This document shows positions 30,184 through 39,489 of a DNA stretch of 64,000 nt, piece by piece. The stretch comes from an uncultured Chloroflexia bacterium (GTDB lineage: Bacteria; Chloroflexota; Anaerolineae; CG2-30-64-16), in NCBI GenBank assembly GCA_963810095.1, contig CAWEMM010000013.1, positions 96,001 through 160,000 on the forward strand, given 5' to 3'. The notes beneath the pieces are model-generated. The model ran no database searches. It saw only the letters and a list, made by a program, of their open reading frames with translations, and was not told where the DNA came from. Made by a program: the position numbers and the translations under genes. The stretch's first letter is position 1; the number at the start of each line of letters is the position of its first letter.

Positions 30184-30543
30184 TTGGACGAGCGAAGGCC
30201 TCTCATCGCCGTCGTTGGGGTGTGCGCATCGGGCAAGTCGACGCTGGTAGCCGGGCTGCGGGCGCATGGGTTCAACGCGCGGCAGGTGCTCCAGGAGCAC
30301 TCCTATGTCCCCTACATGTGGCAGCGCATCACCAATCCCGACCTTCTGATCTACCTGGATTGCACCATCGAGACGACACGCGCGCGCCGTCATGACCGGA
30401 ACTTCGAGCGCTGGATTCTGGACGAGGAGCGCCGGCGGCTCGAGCATGCCCGCGAGCACTGTCACCTGTATTTGTCCACGGATCGATTAACGCCCGACGA
30501 GATTCTTTCACGGGCGGTGGCGTTCCTGCGTTCGAATGCATAG
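30184..30543 (+). CDS. Small P-loop NTPase / nucleotide-kinase-like protein
   Basis: Walker A 'GVCASGKST'; 'PDLLIYLD'; TTG start after GAGGTGG. Confidence 0.75.
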   Translation: MDERRPLIAVVGVCASGKSTLVAGLRAHGFNARQVLQEHSYVPYMWQRITNPDLLIYLDCTIETTRARRHDRNFERWILDEERRRLEHAREHCHLYLSTDRLTPDEILSRAVAFLRSNA

Positions 30544-30545
30544 TG

Positions 30546-30672
30546 TTTTGTCGGGGGCGGGCGGGCCCGGTTGCCCCTGCACGGCAGGGATCTCGTCGTC
30601 GGGCCGGCGGGCCCCGTTGCCCCTTGCACAGCAGGGCTCTCGTCGTCGGGGGCCGGCCGGCCCCCAACAAAA
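30546..30672. repeat. About 47-bp tandem duplication (about 2.4 copies) enclosed by an inverted repeat
   Basis: Units begin GTCGGG at 30550, 30598 and 30645; outer TTTTGTCGGGGGC / GCCCCCAACAAAA. Confidence 0.7.
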
Positions 30673-30711
30673 GAAGCATCATTGTCCCGGTGTAAAAACT
30701 CCGTATCCTTT

Positions 30712-30740
30712 TTGACACTGCGCGACCGCGGCGGTATAAT
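30712..30740 (+). promoter_or_regulatory. Consensus sigma70 promoter of secDF
   Basis: TTGACA-N17-TATAAT. Confidence 0.9.
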
Positions 30741-30830
30741 CATTCTGTTGTGCCCCGCAAGGACCTTGCGGGGCTACTTACGCCCACGTCATTCATTCGT
30801 CGGGCCCGAGCTCATTTGCGGGAGAAGAGC

Positions 30831-32228
30831 ATGCGCCATCGCAACACATATGTGTTGATCGCCCTCATCGTGCTAGCCGCGGTGCTGTTGGCGATCGTTG
30901 TGCCGGTGAGCTATCCGAGCAACAGCTTCATCACGAAGCTGATGTTCTGGCAGCAGCCGGCCGAGTACCGTGATCTGTCCTTCAAGCAGGGCCTCGATCT
31001 GCAAGGTGGCACGCAGGTCTTGCTCGAAGCCAAGCCGCCCGTCGGCCAGACCGTCACGGAAGAAGATATGACGGCCGCGAAGACCATCGTGGAGCGCCGC
31101 GTGAATGGCCTGGGCGTGACCGAGCCACTCGTGCAGCTGCAGGGCCAGAACCGCATCATCGTGGAACTGCCCGGCATCAGCAACCCCGAGGCCGCAGTGC
31201 AGACGCTGCGGAGCACTGGCCAGCTTGAATTTGTCGAAATCCCTGACGGCACGACCGTGCAGCAGGGCGACTATATTCGCACGACCAACAACGCGACAGC
31301 GCCCGATGCGACCAAACTGGGGTCAACCCGTAACCCGTATCCTGAGCAGACCTTCACGACAATCATGACGGGTCGTGATCTCGAGACGGCCGGTGTCAAC
31401 CGCGACCAGTTGGGCGCGCCGGTCATCACGTTCACTCTGAAGGATTCGGGCAAGCAGCTGTTCAGCGATTACACGGGCTCGCACATCGGCAAGGTGCTCG
31501 CGATCGTGCTGGACAACCAGGTGCTGTCCGCCCCCTCGATCAACGGCCAGATCCCCCAGGGCAGCGGCGAGATCACCGGCAAGTTCACGCTGGAAGAGGC
31601 GAATAACCTGGCCGTACAGATGCGCTACGGCTCGCTGCCGGTCCCACTTGAAGTTGTCAACCGCAGCACGATCGGCGCAACCCTCGGCGCGGACTCGGTG
31701 CGCAAGAGCATGATTGCGGGCCTCATCGGCCTCCTGGCCGTCCTGGTCTTCATGATGGTGTACTACCGGCTGCCCGGCCTGCTGGCCTCGATCGCCCTCG
31801 TGCTGTACGCGTTGATCAACCTGGCGATCTACAAGGTCGTGCCGGTGACGCTGACGCTGCCCGGCATCATGGGCTTCCTGTTATCAACAGGTATGGCCGT
31901 TGATGCGAACATCCTGATCTTCGAGCGCATGAAGGAAGAGCTCCGATGGGGCAAGTCGATGCGCCAGGCCGTCGAGGCCGGCTTCGACCGGGCCTGGACC
32001 TCCATCCTGGACTCGAACCTGTCGACGATCATCATCTGCTTCATCCTGATGATCTTCGGCCGCACGTTTGGCGCCCAGCCGGTCTTCGGGTTCGCGTTGA
32101 ACCTGTTCATCGGTGTGTTGGTCAGCATGTTCACCGCCGTCGTCGTGACGCGCAGCCTCATGCGATTCGTGTTCGAGCGCTCCTCGGGTGAGACGCTGCG
32201 CGAGCGCGAGTGGCTGATGGGGATTTGA
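30831..32228 (+). CDS. secD: Protein translocase subunit SecD
   Basis: 'GLDLQGG', 'RRVNGLGVTEP', 'GMAVDANILIFER'. Confidence 0.97.
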   Translation: MRHRNTYVLIALIVLAAVLLAIVVPVSYPSNSFITKLMFWQQPAEYRDLSFKQGLDLQGGTQVLLEAKPPVGQTVTEEDMTAAKTIVERRVNGLGVTEPLVQLQGQNRIIVELPGISNPEAAVQTLRSTGQLEFVEIPDGTTVQQGDYIRTTNNATAPDATKLGSTRNPYPEQTFTTIMTGRDLETAGVNRDQLGAPVITFTLKDSGKQLFSDYTGSHIGKVLAIVLDNQVLSAPSINGQIPQGSGEITGKFTLEEANNLAVQMRYGSLPVPLEVVNRSTIGATLGADSVRKSMIAGLIGLLAVLVFMMVYYRLPGLLASIALVLYALINLAIYKVVPVTLTLPGIMGFLLSTGMAVDANILIFERMKEELRWGKSMRQAVEAGFDRAWTSILDSNLSTIIICFILMIFGRTFGAQPVFGFALNLFIGVLVSMFTAVVVTRSLMRFVFERSSGETLREREWLMGI

Positions 32229-32238
32229 GGGTAGCGCC

Positions 32239-33204
32239 ATGTTTCAATTTGTAGAAAAGCGCAAGTGGTACTTTCTCCTGTCGTCGCTGATTATCATCCC
32301 GGGGCTGCTCGCGATGATCTACCTGACCGCGACGACCGGGCTTCCCGTCAAGCCGGCCATCGACTTCACGGGCGGCACGCTCTGGCAGATGCGGTTCGCC
32401 AACCCGGTCGCACCTGCGGAGCTGCGCCAGGTCTTTATCGACAACGGCGCGGCGGGTGATCCCGCGGTAACGACGCTGGGGAATAACGGCACCGACCTCC
32501 AGGTGCGCCTCAAGCCTATCGACGATGCAGTTAAGCTGAAGCTGGCCGATGCCGTCAAGGCCAAGTTCGGCGATTTCCAGGAGTTGCAGTACAGCCAGGT
32601 CGGTCCGGCCATTGGTAACGAAGTTACCCGGGCCGCGGTTATCGCCATCGCGGCGGCTTCGATCGTGATCCTCGGGTTCATGATCTTCGCCTTCCGCAAG
32701 GTGCCGAACCCGTTCCGTTACGGCCTGGCGGCCATCATCGCCATGCTGCACGACCTGCTGCTGACCTTGGGCCTGATCGCCCTCGCCGGCCTGTTCCTGG
32801 GTTGGGAAGCGGACGCGTTGTACCTCACGGCGATCCTGACGGTCATCAGCTTCTCGATGCAGGACACGATCGTCGTGTTCGACCGCATCCGCGAGAACAC
32901 GCCCAAGTACCGCGGCGACACGTTCTCCAGCATCGCGGACCGCAGCCTGATGGAGACCATCCACCGGTCGCTGGCGACGCAGCTCAACGCGATCTTCATC
33001 ATGGTGGCCGTCTTGCTCTTCGGCGGCGCGACGATGAAGCAGTTCATCGCGGTCATGCTGATCGGCTTGATCTCGGGATCCTACTCGTCCATCTTCATCG
33101 CCGTGCCGCTTTTGGCCGGCTGGGTGGACAAGGACATCCTGGGGCTGCGGGTCGGCAAGAATGGGAAGCAAGGGCTCCCCGCACCTCAGCAGCCGACTGC
33201 GTAA
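32239..33204 (+). CDS. secF: Protein translocase subunit SecF
   Basis: 'IDFTGGT', 'DTIVVFDRIRE', 'YSSIFIA'. Confidence 0.97.
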   Translation: MFQFVEKRKWYFLLSSLIIIPGLLAMIYLTATTGLPVKPAIDFTGGTLWQMRFANPVAPAELRQVFIDNGAAGDPAVTTLGNNGTDLQVRLKPIDDAVKLKLADAVKAKFGDFQELQYSQVGPAIGNEVTRAAVIAIAAASIVILGFMIFAFRKVPNPFRYGLAAIIAMLHDLLLTLGLIALAGLFLGWEADALYLTAILTVISFSMQDTIVVFDRIRENTPKYRGDTFSSIADRSLMETIHRSLATQLNAIFIMVAVLLFGGATMKQFIAVMLIGLISGSYSSIFIAVPLLAGWVDKDILGLRVGKNGKQGLPAPQQPTA

Positions 33205-33217
33205 TCAAGGCTTAATC

Positions 33218-33303
33218 GGCCGCAGATTCAACTGGTCAGACTGATCTTCCTGATCTCCGTGCGGAGATCATAGGAATCTGTTCAATCAGTTCAATCTGCG
33301 GCC
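33218..33303. repeat. Palindromic repeat with 9-nt-periodic GATT/AATC arms
   Basis: GGCCGCAGATT...AATCTGCGGCC; aatctgttc-aatcagttc-aatctgcgg. Confidence 0.8.
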
Positions 33304-33324
33304 TGTCTATTTGAGTGACCACAC

Positions 33325-34303
33325 ATGCGCGCGCTTTTCTCGGACGGCTCTCTGCGAGCGAACTACCCCGATCCAATCCGCACGGGCGACGAGGCCCTGA
33401 TTAAGCTGCGCCTCGCCGGCATCTGCAACACCGATCTCGAGTTGGTTGCCGGGTACATGGATTACCGGGGCGTGCTCGGGCACGAGTTCGTCGGGGAAGT
33501 TCTGGACGCGCCCGACCGCGCGTGGATCGGTCAGCGGGTGGTGGGCGACATCAACGCGGCCTGTCACGCCTGCTCGACGTGCCGCGCGGGCCGGCATACC
33601 CACTGCCCCCACCGCACCACGCTGGGCATCGCAGGTCGCGACGGCTGCTTCAGCGACACGTTCCTGCTGCCCCAGGCGAACCTCTACCCCGTTCCCGACA
33701 GCGTTTCCGACGAACAGGCCGTGTTCACCGAGCCGCTCGCCGCCGCGTGTGAGATCCTCGAGCAGGTGCACGTTGCGCCAACCGACCAGGTCGTCGTCCT
33801 GGGCGATGGCAAGCTGGGTCTGCTGGTGGCCTCCGTCTTGCGGCTGACCGGTGCAGATCTGCTGATGGTGGGCAAGCACCCCGAAAAGCTGGCACTGGCA
33901 GCCGCTTGGGGCATTCCGACCCGCCTGGTCACCGAGCTTGCCGCGGTCCCTCCCCGGGCGCCTAATGGGGCAGACCTCGTCGTCGAGTGCACGGGCAACG
34001 CCGATGGGTTTGCGCTTCGCGCGCTCATTTTTGCGAGCGCGCGGCAGGCTAATCCTCAAGAGTACTTATCATTCGAGTATCCAGGCAGGCACTGGTGCGT
34101 TTAACCTGAGTGAGTGGGTTGTGGACGAAGTCACAATCCAGGGCTCCCGGTGCGGACCGTTCGCTCCAGCCCTGCGGCTCATGGCCGCGGGTCTTGTGGA
34201 TCCTCGCCCGCTCATTTCGGCCACGTACTCGATGGAGGATGCCCCGGCCGCGATGGAACACGCGACGGGCCGCGGCGTTCTTAAAGTGCTGTTGCAGACG
34301 TAG
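33325..34303 (+). pseudogene. Zinc-dependent (MDR) alcohol dehydrogenase with +1 frameshift near 34015 (possibly a sequencing error)
   Basis: 'GICNTD', 'GHEFVG', structural Zn cysteines and 'GDGKLG'; C-terminus 'GSRCGPF...KVLL' in ORF 33938..34303. Confidence 0.85.
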
Positions 34304-34331
34304 CTTGAACAAGCACGACCCTAACGGCGCT

Positions 34332-34360
34332 TTGACTATTCTGCCTGCTGCGAGTATTAT
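34332..34360 (+). promoter_or_regulatory. Sigma70 promoter
   Basis: TTGACT-N17-TATTAT. Confidence 0.75.
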
Positions 34361-34369
34361 CCGATGGCT

Positions 34370-34900
34370 ATGACCTTAACCGCGTTGTTACCGGCCGGCG
34401 TGCTCCTCTTTCGCCGGAGCTTGCCCTTACTTGTTCTGCTCGTAACGTCAGTGGCCCTGTTAGGCTGTCAGCCGTCCATCGAGGTTTTCGAGCCAACATC
34501 GCCCTTGCCGCCGCCGACCGTCGCGCCTGACGAGCGCGGGCTGGCAATCATGGGGGTCGATTTTGACCCCCCGCTGGAAGCCGGCCAGATCCTGACCAAC
34601 GGCGGTGTGACCCTCCTGGTGGCGCTGGAGAACCAGGGGCGCAAGACCGAGCCGGCAGCGAGGGTGACGGCACGCTTGTACGATGCGCAATCGCATCCGG
34701 GCGCTGACCTGGCAAGCGAGACGATTACCGTGCGTGCGCTGGCGCCCGGAGAACTGCGGGTCGTGCGTTTCACGCAAGTGAACGCGCTGCCGGTGCGGTC
34801 GCGCTACAAGCTGGCCGTTGAGGTGTCTCCCGTGCCTGGCGAACGGGAACTGGACGATAATGTCCGGCTTCTGGACATTATCGTGCACCCGGCAGAGTAG
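34370..34900 (+). CDS. Putative lipoprotein with CARDB-like Ig fold
   Basis: Lipobox 'LLGC'; 'LENQG', 'GERELDDN'; start uncertain (34364 or 34370). Confidence 0.7.
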   Translation: MTLTALLPAGVLLFRRSLPLLVLLVTSVALLGCQPSIEVFEPTSPLPPPTVAPDERGLAIMGVDFDPPLEAGQILTNGGVTLLVALENQGRKTEPAARVTARLYDAQSHPGADLASETITVRALAPGELRVVRFTQVNALPVRSRYKLAVEVSPVPGERELDDNVRLLDIIVHPAE

Positions 34901-34920
34901 GGGCGGAAATCACAAATGGC

Positions 34921-34951
34921 AAGGGGCAACCGTTAATGGTTGCCCCTTTTT
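34921..34951 (+). terminator. Intrinsic terminator between convergent genes
   Basis: AAGGGGCAACC-N6-GGTTGCCCCTT followed by TTT. Confidence 0.8.
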
Positions 34952-34992
34952 CGTTCCTGTGCGCTATGCGGTTATAATGATGCGTAACCTGC

Positions 34993-35235
34993 TCAGTGGC
35001 CGCAGCTCGCACAATTGCCGCCTGCGCAGCCACCGCAGCCGCCAGGCGTGCTGCTGGCGACCATCCGGCTGCCGCCGCCGGCCTCCCGGCTGATGGCTGC
35101 GAAAACAGAGATGGCGCGGCGCACGTGGGTGGCCTGACAGCGTGGGCAGGCGATTGGCGCATCAATCTGGCTCATCGGCCGCAAGGCTTCGAACCGCTTG
35201 TCGCACTCCTGGCACTGGTATTCATAAACCGGCAT
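34993..35235 (-). CDS. FmdB-family zinc-ribbon protein
   Basis: 'MPVYEYQCQEC...CPRC'; C-terminal CGGC/CASC. Confidence 0.92.
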   Translation of the reverse strand: MPVYEYQCQECDKRFEALRPMSQIDAPIACPRCQATHVRRAISVFAAISREAGGGSRMVASSTPGGCGGCAGGNCASCGH

Positions 35236-35324
35236 GGGAACCTCGGAACGTTAACGTGTGAGCTGTAGTGAGGTAGGAACCGTCACATATGAGCAGCGCC
35301 GTGCATTTTAGCGCAAAGAGGGAC

Positions 35325-36503
35325 ATGCGTCAACCTCTCGCCACATCCGCCACCCCTGCACGGGACAACCGTGGCCCGGCCGGGTTGGCGCGGGGTGGGC
35401 GCGCCGTTCTGCTGCTGGCTCCCTTGCTGCTCTTCGTTTTTCTGTGCACGGGCTTCGGGCCGCCCATTCTCACGGACGGTGGCTACCCACCCATCCGGCT
35501 GGCGCCCGAGCACATCGACGCGCTCGTACGCGCGCAGACGGTGCCTACGGTCACGGCGACGTCGGCGCTCGTCCTTGACCTGGAGAGCGGCCAGACGCTG
35601 TTCGAGAAAGATTCGACCCGGGGCTTGCCGCCCGCGTCGACTGCCAAGCTCATGACCGCGCTCGTCGTCGTGGACCAGGTGCCGCTGGACGAAGCCGTGC
35701 TCGTGACGCAGCACGCGGCGGAGACGGAAGGCAGCCGCATGGGGCTGGCGCCGGGCGAGCAACTGACCGTGGCCGAGCTGTTGAAGGGACTTCTGATCCC
35801 CTCGGGAAACGACGCGGCGGTGGCGCTTGCCGAACACGTGGCGGGCAGCGAAGCGGATTTCGTGGCGATGATGAATGCCCGCGCCCGCGCCCTGGGGCTA
35901 ACGGCGACGAACTTCGTCAACGTTCACGGCCTTGACGCGCCGGGGCAGACGACGAGTGCCGCGGACCTGGCCGTTATCGCCAAAGCAGCACTCCAGAATC
36001 CGGTGATCGAGCGTATCGTTGCGACCCCATCGGCGAATGTCGCGGGCCATGCGCTCCAGAACACGAACGAGTTGTTGGGCACCTATGAGGGCGCGGACGG
36101 CGTCAAGACCGGCACGACAGACGAAGCGGGCCAGTGCCTCGTGGCGTCGGTGACGCGCGATGGCCGGCGCACGCTGCTCGTGGAACTGGGGAGCCGGGAG
36201 CGTTTTGTGGACGCGCGAAAGCTCTTCGATTACGCCCGCGACGCGTTCGTGTGGCGCGACCCGGCCTTGCCCGCCACGTCGCTCTCGTGGCTCAACGGCG
36301 CAAATGGCAAGGCTTACCGTTTGCGGTCCGAGCAAACCTCTGCTATCTTTGTCCCGGCTTGGCAGCGGCCGTTCTTGCTGCCCACCATAGCAATTGCACC
36401 AGGAGCGGTTATGACCGGGACCGCGCCGGTCGGCGAATTGCGTTGGATGTTTGGGGCGGAGGCGGTTGCAACGGCGCCGCTATCCGTTTGGCAAGGTCCG
36501 TGA
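35325..36503 (+). CDS. D-alanyl-D-alanine carboxypeptidase (peptidase S11)
   Basis: SxxK 'ASTAK', SxN 'SGNDA', KTG triad; N-terminal TM/signal. Confidence 0.93.
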   Translation: MRQPLATSATPARDNRGPAGLARGGRAVLLLAPLLLFVFLCTGFGPPILTDGGYPPIRLAPEHIDALVRAQTVPTVTATSALVLDLESGQTLFEKDSTRGLPPASTAKLMTALVVVDQVPLDEAVLVTQHAAETEGSRMGLAPGEQLTVAELLKGLLIPSGNDAAVALAEHVAGSEADFVAMMNARARALGLTATNFVNVHGLDAPGQTTSAADLAVIAKAALQNPVIERIVATPSANVAGHALQNTNELLGTYEGADGVKTGTTDEAGQCLVASVTRDGRRTLLVELGSRERFVDARKLFDYARDAFVWRDPALPATSLSWLNGANGKAYRLRSEQTSAIFVPAWQRPFLLPTIAIAPGAVMTGTAPVGELRWMFGAEAVATAPLSVWQGP

Positions 36504-36532
36504 TCCCCCGGTCTGGCGACCGATAGGTCGGA

Positions 36533-38212
36533 GTGATGACAGAAGAGAGACTGCAAAAGCTGCTGGCACGTGCGGGCGTAGGGTCGCGGCGCGCCTGCGA
36601 GGAACTGATCCTGGCGGGCCGCGTCACGGTCGACGGCCGGGTGGTGACAGAGCTGGGGACGCGGGTCGACCCCGACCGGACACAGGTGCAGGTGGACGGC
36701 AAGCCGATCCGGCTGGAAGGCCTGCGCTACGTGATGCTGCACAAGCCGCAGGGCGTATTGTCAGGTACTGACCCAAAGGCTGAGTATCCATCCTGGGAGA
36801 CGCTGGTCAAGGTGCCTGAGCGCCTGTATGCAGTTGGCCGGCTCGACCAGGACAGTGAGGGCCTGCTCCTGCTGACCAACGACGGTGAGATGGCCCTGCG
36901 CTTGTCGCATCCCAGGTACGAGCATCCCAAGACGTATTTCGTCCAGGTCGAGGGCGTGCCGAACCCGCGGAAGCTGCGCCGGCTGCAGCACGGCGTGATG
37001 CTGGACGACGGGCCGACCTTGCCCGCGCGGGTCGCTCTCTTCCGCGAGTTGCCGGCCGAGTACGCTGGCAAGCCCGCGCCGCGACCCGATGCTGCGAAAG
37101 CCAAGGGGAACATGGAGCGGCCGCCCGCCCGGCCCGCGGCGCCACCCGAGCGGCGCACGAGCTGGCTGAAGATCACGCTGCGCGAAGGACGCAAGCGGCA
37201 GGTGCGCCGGATGGTGAGCTTGCTCGGGCACCCCGCGTTGCGCGTCATTCGCGTGGGTCTTGGCCCGCTCGCCCTGGCCGACCTAAAGCCCGGGAAGTGG
37301 CGCGACCTGACTGCGGGCGAGGTGCGTGCGCTGCGTGAGGCCGCTTTCCACGGCGAGCCAGAATCCCAGGGTGCAGCGGCGCCGCAAGCCGCTCCTGCAC
37401 CATCCGCCGCCCGCGAAAGGAAACGCAGGCCATTGTCCCCCAACACGATCGCCATCGACGGCCCCTCCGCCTCGGGAAAGAGCACCATCGGCGGGCTGCT
37501 GGCCGAAGACCTGAATTATCTCTATTTCGACACGGGCGTGATGTACCGGGCGGTCGCAGCAGTGGCTCTGGCGCGCAATGTCTCACCCCACGACGAAGAC
37601 GCAGTCACTGCGATGGCCGAGGCGCTGCGGATCGACGTGCAGCCGCCGACCATCGACGACGGCCGCGATGTGACGGTGGTGGCCGACGGGCGAGATGTCA
37701 GCTGGGACATTCGGCGCATGGAGGTGGAGAAGGCGGTGACGCCCATCTCCTCGTATGCGGGCGTGCGCGAGGCGATGCGCAAGGAGCAACGCCGGATCGG
37801 CGAAGCGGGCAAAGTCGTCATGGTGGGCCGGGATATTGGCACGGTCGTTCTGCCCGATGCCGACCTGAAGATCTACCTGGATGCGACCCTCCACGAACGC
37901 GCACGGCGCCGCTATTTGGAGCGGCAGGAGCGCGGGGAGAAAGTGACGTTCGAGCAGGTGCTTGCGGACGTCGAACGCCGGGACCGGGGCGATTCGTCGC
38001 GACAGCACGCGCCGTTGAAGGCTGCGGACGACGCGATCCTGGTGGAAACAACCGGGCTAGACATCGACCAGGTCATGGAGCGGGTCGGCATCCTGCTCGA
38101 GCATTGGCGCCATGAGCGCACGAAGCGCGCGAACCAACAGGCGGCCCGGGCCGGGAAAGCGCCCGGCCGGCGCACGGCTGGCCAGTCTGTCTCGCGCCGC
38201 GGCCATTCCTGA
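36533..38212 (+). CDS. cmk: Pseudouridine synthase (RluB/RsuA family) fused to cytidylate kinase
   Basis: S4 'RLQKLLARAG', 'GRLD' and 'EGRKRQVRRM'; then 'IAIDGPSASGKST', 'DTGVMYR', 'GRDIGTVV'. Confidence 0.92.
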   Translation: MMTEERLQKLLARAGVGSRRACEELILAGRVTVDGRVVTELGTRVDPDRTQVQVDGKPIRLEGLRYVMLHKPQGVLSGTDPKAEYPSWETLVKVPERLYAVGRLDQDSEGLLLLTNDGEMALRLSHPRYEHPKTYFVQVEGVPNPRKLRRLQHGVMLDDGPTLPARVALFRELPAEYAGKPAPRPDAAKAKGNMERPPARPAAPPERRTSWLKITLREGRKRQVRRMVSLLGHPALRVIRVGLGPLALADLKPGKWRDLTAGEVRALREAAFHGEPESQGAAAPQAAPAPSAARERKRRPLSPNTIAIDGPSASGKSTIGGLLAEDLNYLYFDTGVMYRAVAAVALARNVSPHDEDAVTAMAEALRIDVQPPTIDDGRDVTVVADGRDVSWDIRRMEVEKAVTPISSYAGVREAMRKEQRRIGEAGKVVMVGRDIGTVVLPDADLKIYLDATLHERARRRYLERQERGEKVTFEQVLADVERRDRGDSSRQHAPLKAADDAILVETTGLDIDQVMERVGILLEHWRHERTKRANQQAARAGKAPGRRTAGQSVSRRGHS

Positions 38213-38307
38213 AGGCGCGGGCGCAATGGGTAATCATCGATCTAGGTACTAATCGCTCTGCGTCTACAGAGCTCCGTGTCTTGACAGCTCTCCCAAGGGG
38301 TGCGGGC

Positions 38308-39117
38308 ATGAACGCGACCGGTGCAAACGCGACAGGTGCAAACCCGGCAGGTGAACCAGGCGGCTCAGCGCAGAACCAGGCTGGCGCGCCGCGACGGCCC
38401 TCGCCTCCGCTTGGGCGCCGCCTGCTGAACCCTATCCTCCGCCTGCTGCTCTGGCTGTTCCTTGATGTGAAGGTGACCGGCGGGCGCGCGGTGCCCCCAG
38501 CCGGGGCCGGTATCGTGTATTATAACCATATTCACTGGCTGGACCCCGTGCTGATCACCGGCCGGTTGCACCGTTTCGGCGTGCCTCTGACGAAGATCGA
38601 GGCCAGCCGTTGGCCGGTGCTGGGCTGGGTTCTGAAGGTCTACCACGTCATCTTCATCACCCGCGGGGTGGTCGACCGGGCGGCGCTCAAGGCGACCTGG
38701 GAAGTGTTGGCGGAAGGCGGCGTGTCCATCATCTCGCCCGAGGGCACCCGCAGCCATGACGGCAAGATGCAAACCGCCAAGGAAGGGCTGGCGTACGTGG
38801 CGCAGCGGGCGCCTGACTGCTGGCTCATCCCCGCGGCAGTGACCGGCACGCCTGACTTCCGGGTTAAGCTGCCTCTGATTAACCGGCCCAAGGCGAGCAT
38901 CACCTATGGCAGGCCGTTCCGGTTCGCGTGGCCGCGGGCTGCCGACGGCTCGCTGGCCCTGCCCGAAGGCCGGGCCGGCCGCGAGGTCATGCGCGAGATG
39001 ACGGAGCAGGCCATGGGCGAGATGGCAGCGCGTTTGCCAGACGAGATGCGCGGCGCGTATGCCGACCAGGTGGGAACAAATCGGAGTTGGCTAGAGTTTA
39101 TGGATGAAGGGAGGTAA
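38308..39117 (+). CDS. plsC: 1-acyl-sn-glycerol-3-phosphate acyltransferase (PlsC family)
   Basis: NHxxxxD 'NHIHWLD'; 'SPEGTRS'. Confidence 0.88.
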   Translation: MNATGANATGANPAGEPGGSAQNQAGAPRRPSPPLGRRLLNPILRLLLWLFLDVKVTGGRAVPPAGAGIVYYNHIHWLDPVLITGRLHRFGVPLTKIEASRWPVLGWVLKVYHVIFITRGVVDRAALKATWEVLAEGGVSIISPEGTRSHDGKMQTAKEGLAYVAQRAPDCWLIPAAVTGTPDFRVKLPLINRPKASITYGRPFRFAWPRAADGSLALPEGRAGREVMREMTEQAMGEMAARLPDEMRGAYADQVGTNRSWLEFMDEGR

Positions 39118-39149
39118 GAGAGCACAGGCTGATCAAGTGATAGGGAGAG

Positions 39150-39483
39150 TAACAGCGCCTGGGCGCATCACCTTTCGGTGATGTTAGCTGACGAGGAGGA
39201 GGTTCCTCACCGCGAGGTGAGTGCTAAGCCTTTCTTGGGCCATCACAACCTCGAGACCGCGTGTGATGGCAGAAGAGGGCGAAAATCGATCAGATCGGCG
39301 GAAGCCTCCAGGGATTGCACGGACACAACCCCCGTCGCCCCTAACTTTCAAGAATTGTTTCTTGAAAGCCCTCTCCCCTCCAAAACTGCCTAAGGGTTGG
39401 TGCAGGCAGCCGGCCGGCACGCGAGTTCACGCGTGCTCGAGCGCGGCCGCGGCTGCCACTGTTCACGAACACAATCGGAGGGG
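39150..39483 (+). ncRNA. glmS: glmS ribozyme (GlcN6P riboswitch) with large insertions
   Basis: AGCGCC(39154)-P1 hairpin-TGACGAGGAGGAGGTT ... ATCG-N-TCGGCGGAAGCCTCC, then GGGATTG/CACAACCC (P3-like); lies directly upstream of glmS; 3' boundary approximate. Confidence 0.88.
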
Positions 39484-39489
39484 TTACCC

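Noticed and set aside
30546-30672. Possible mini-CRISPR array
   Set aside because: Units are adjacent with no unique spacers, and there are no cas genes
39397-39489. N-terminal extension of GlmS
   Set aside because: GlmS needs Cys at position 2 (MCGIVG); this stretch belongs to the ribozyme leader
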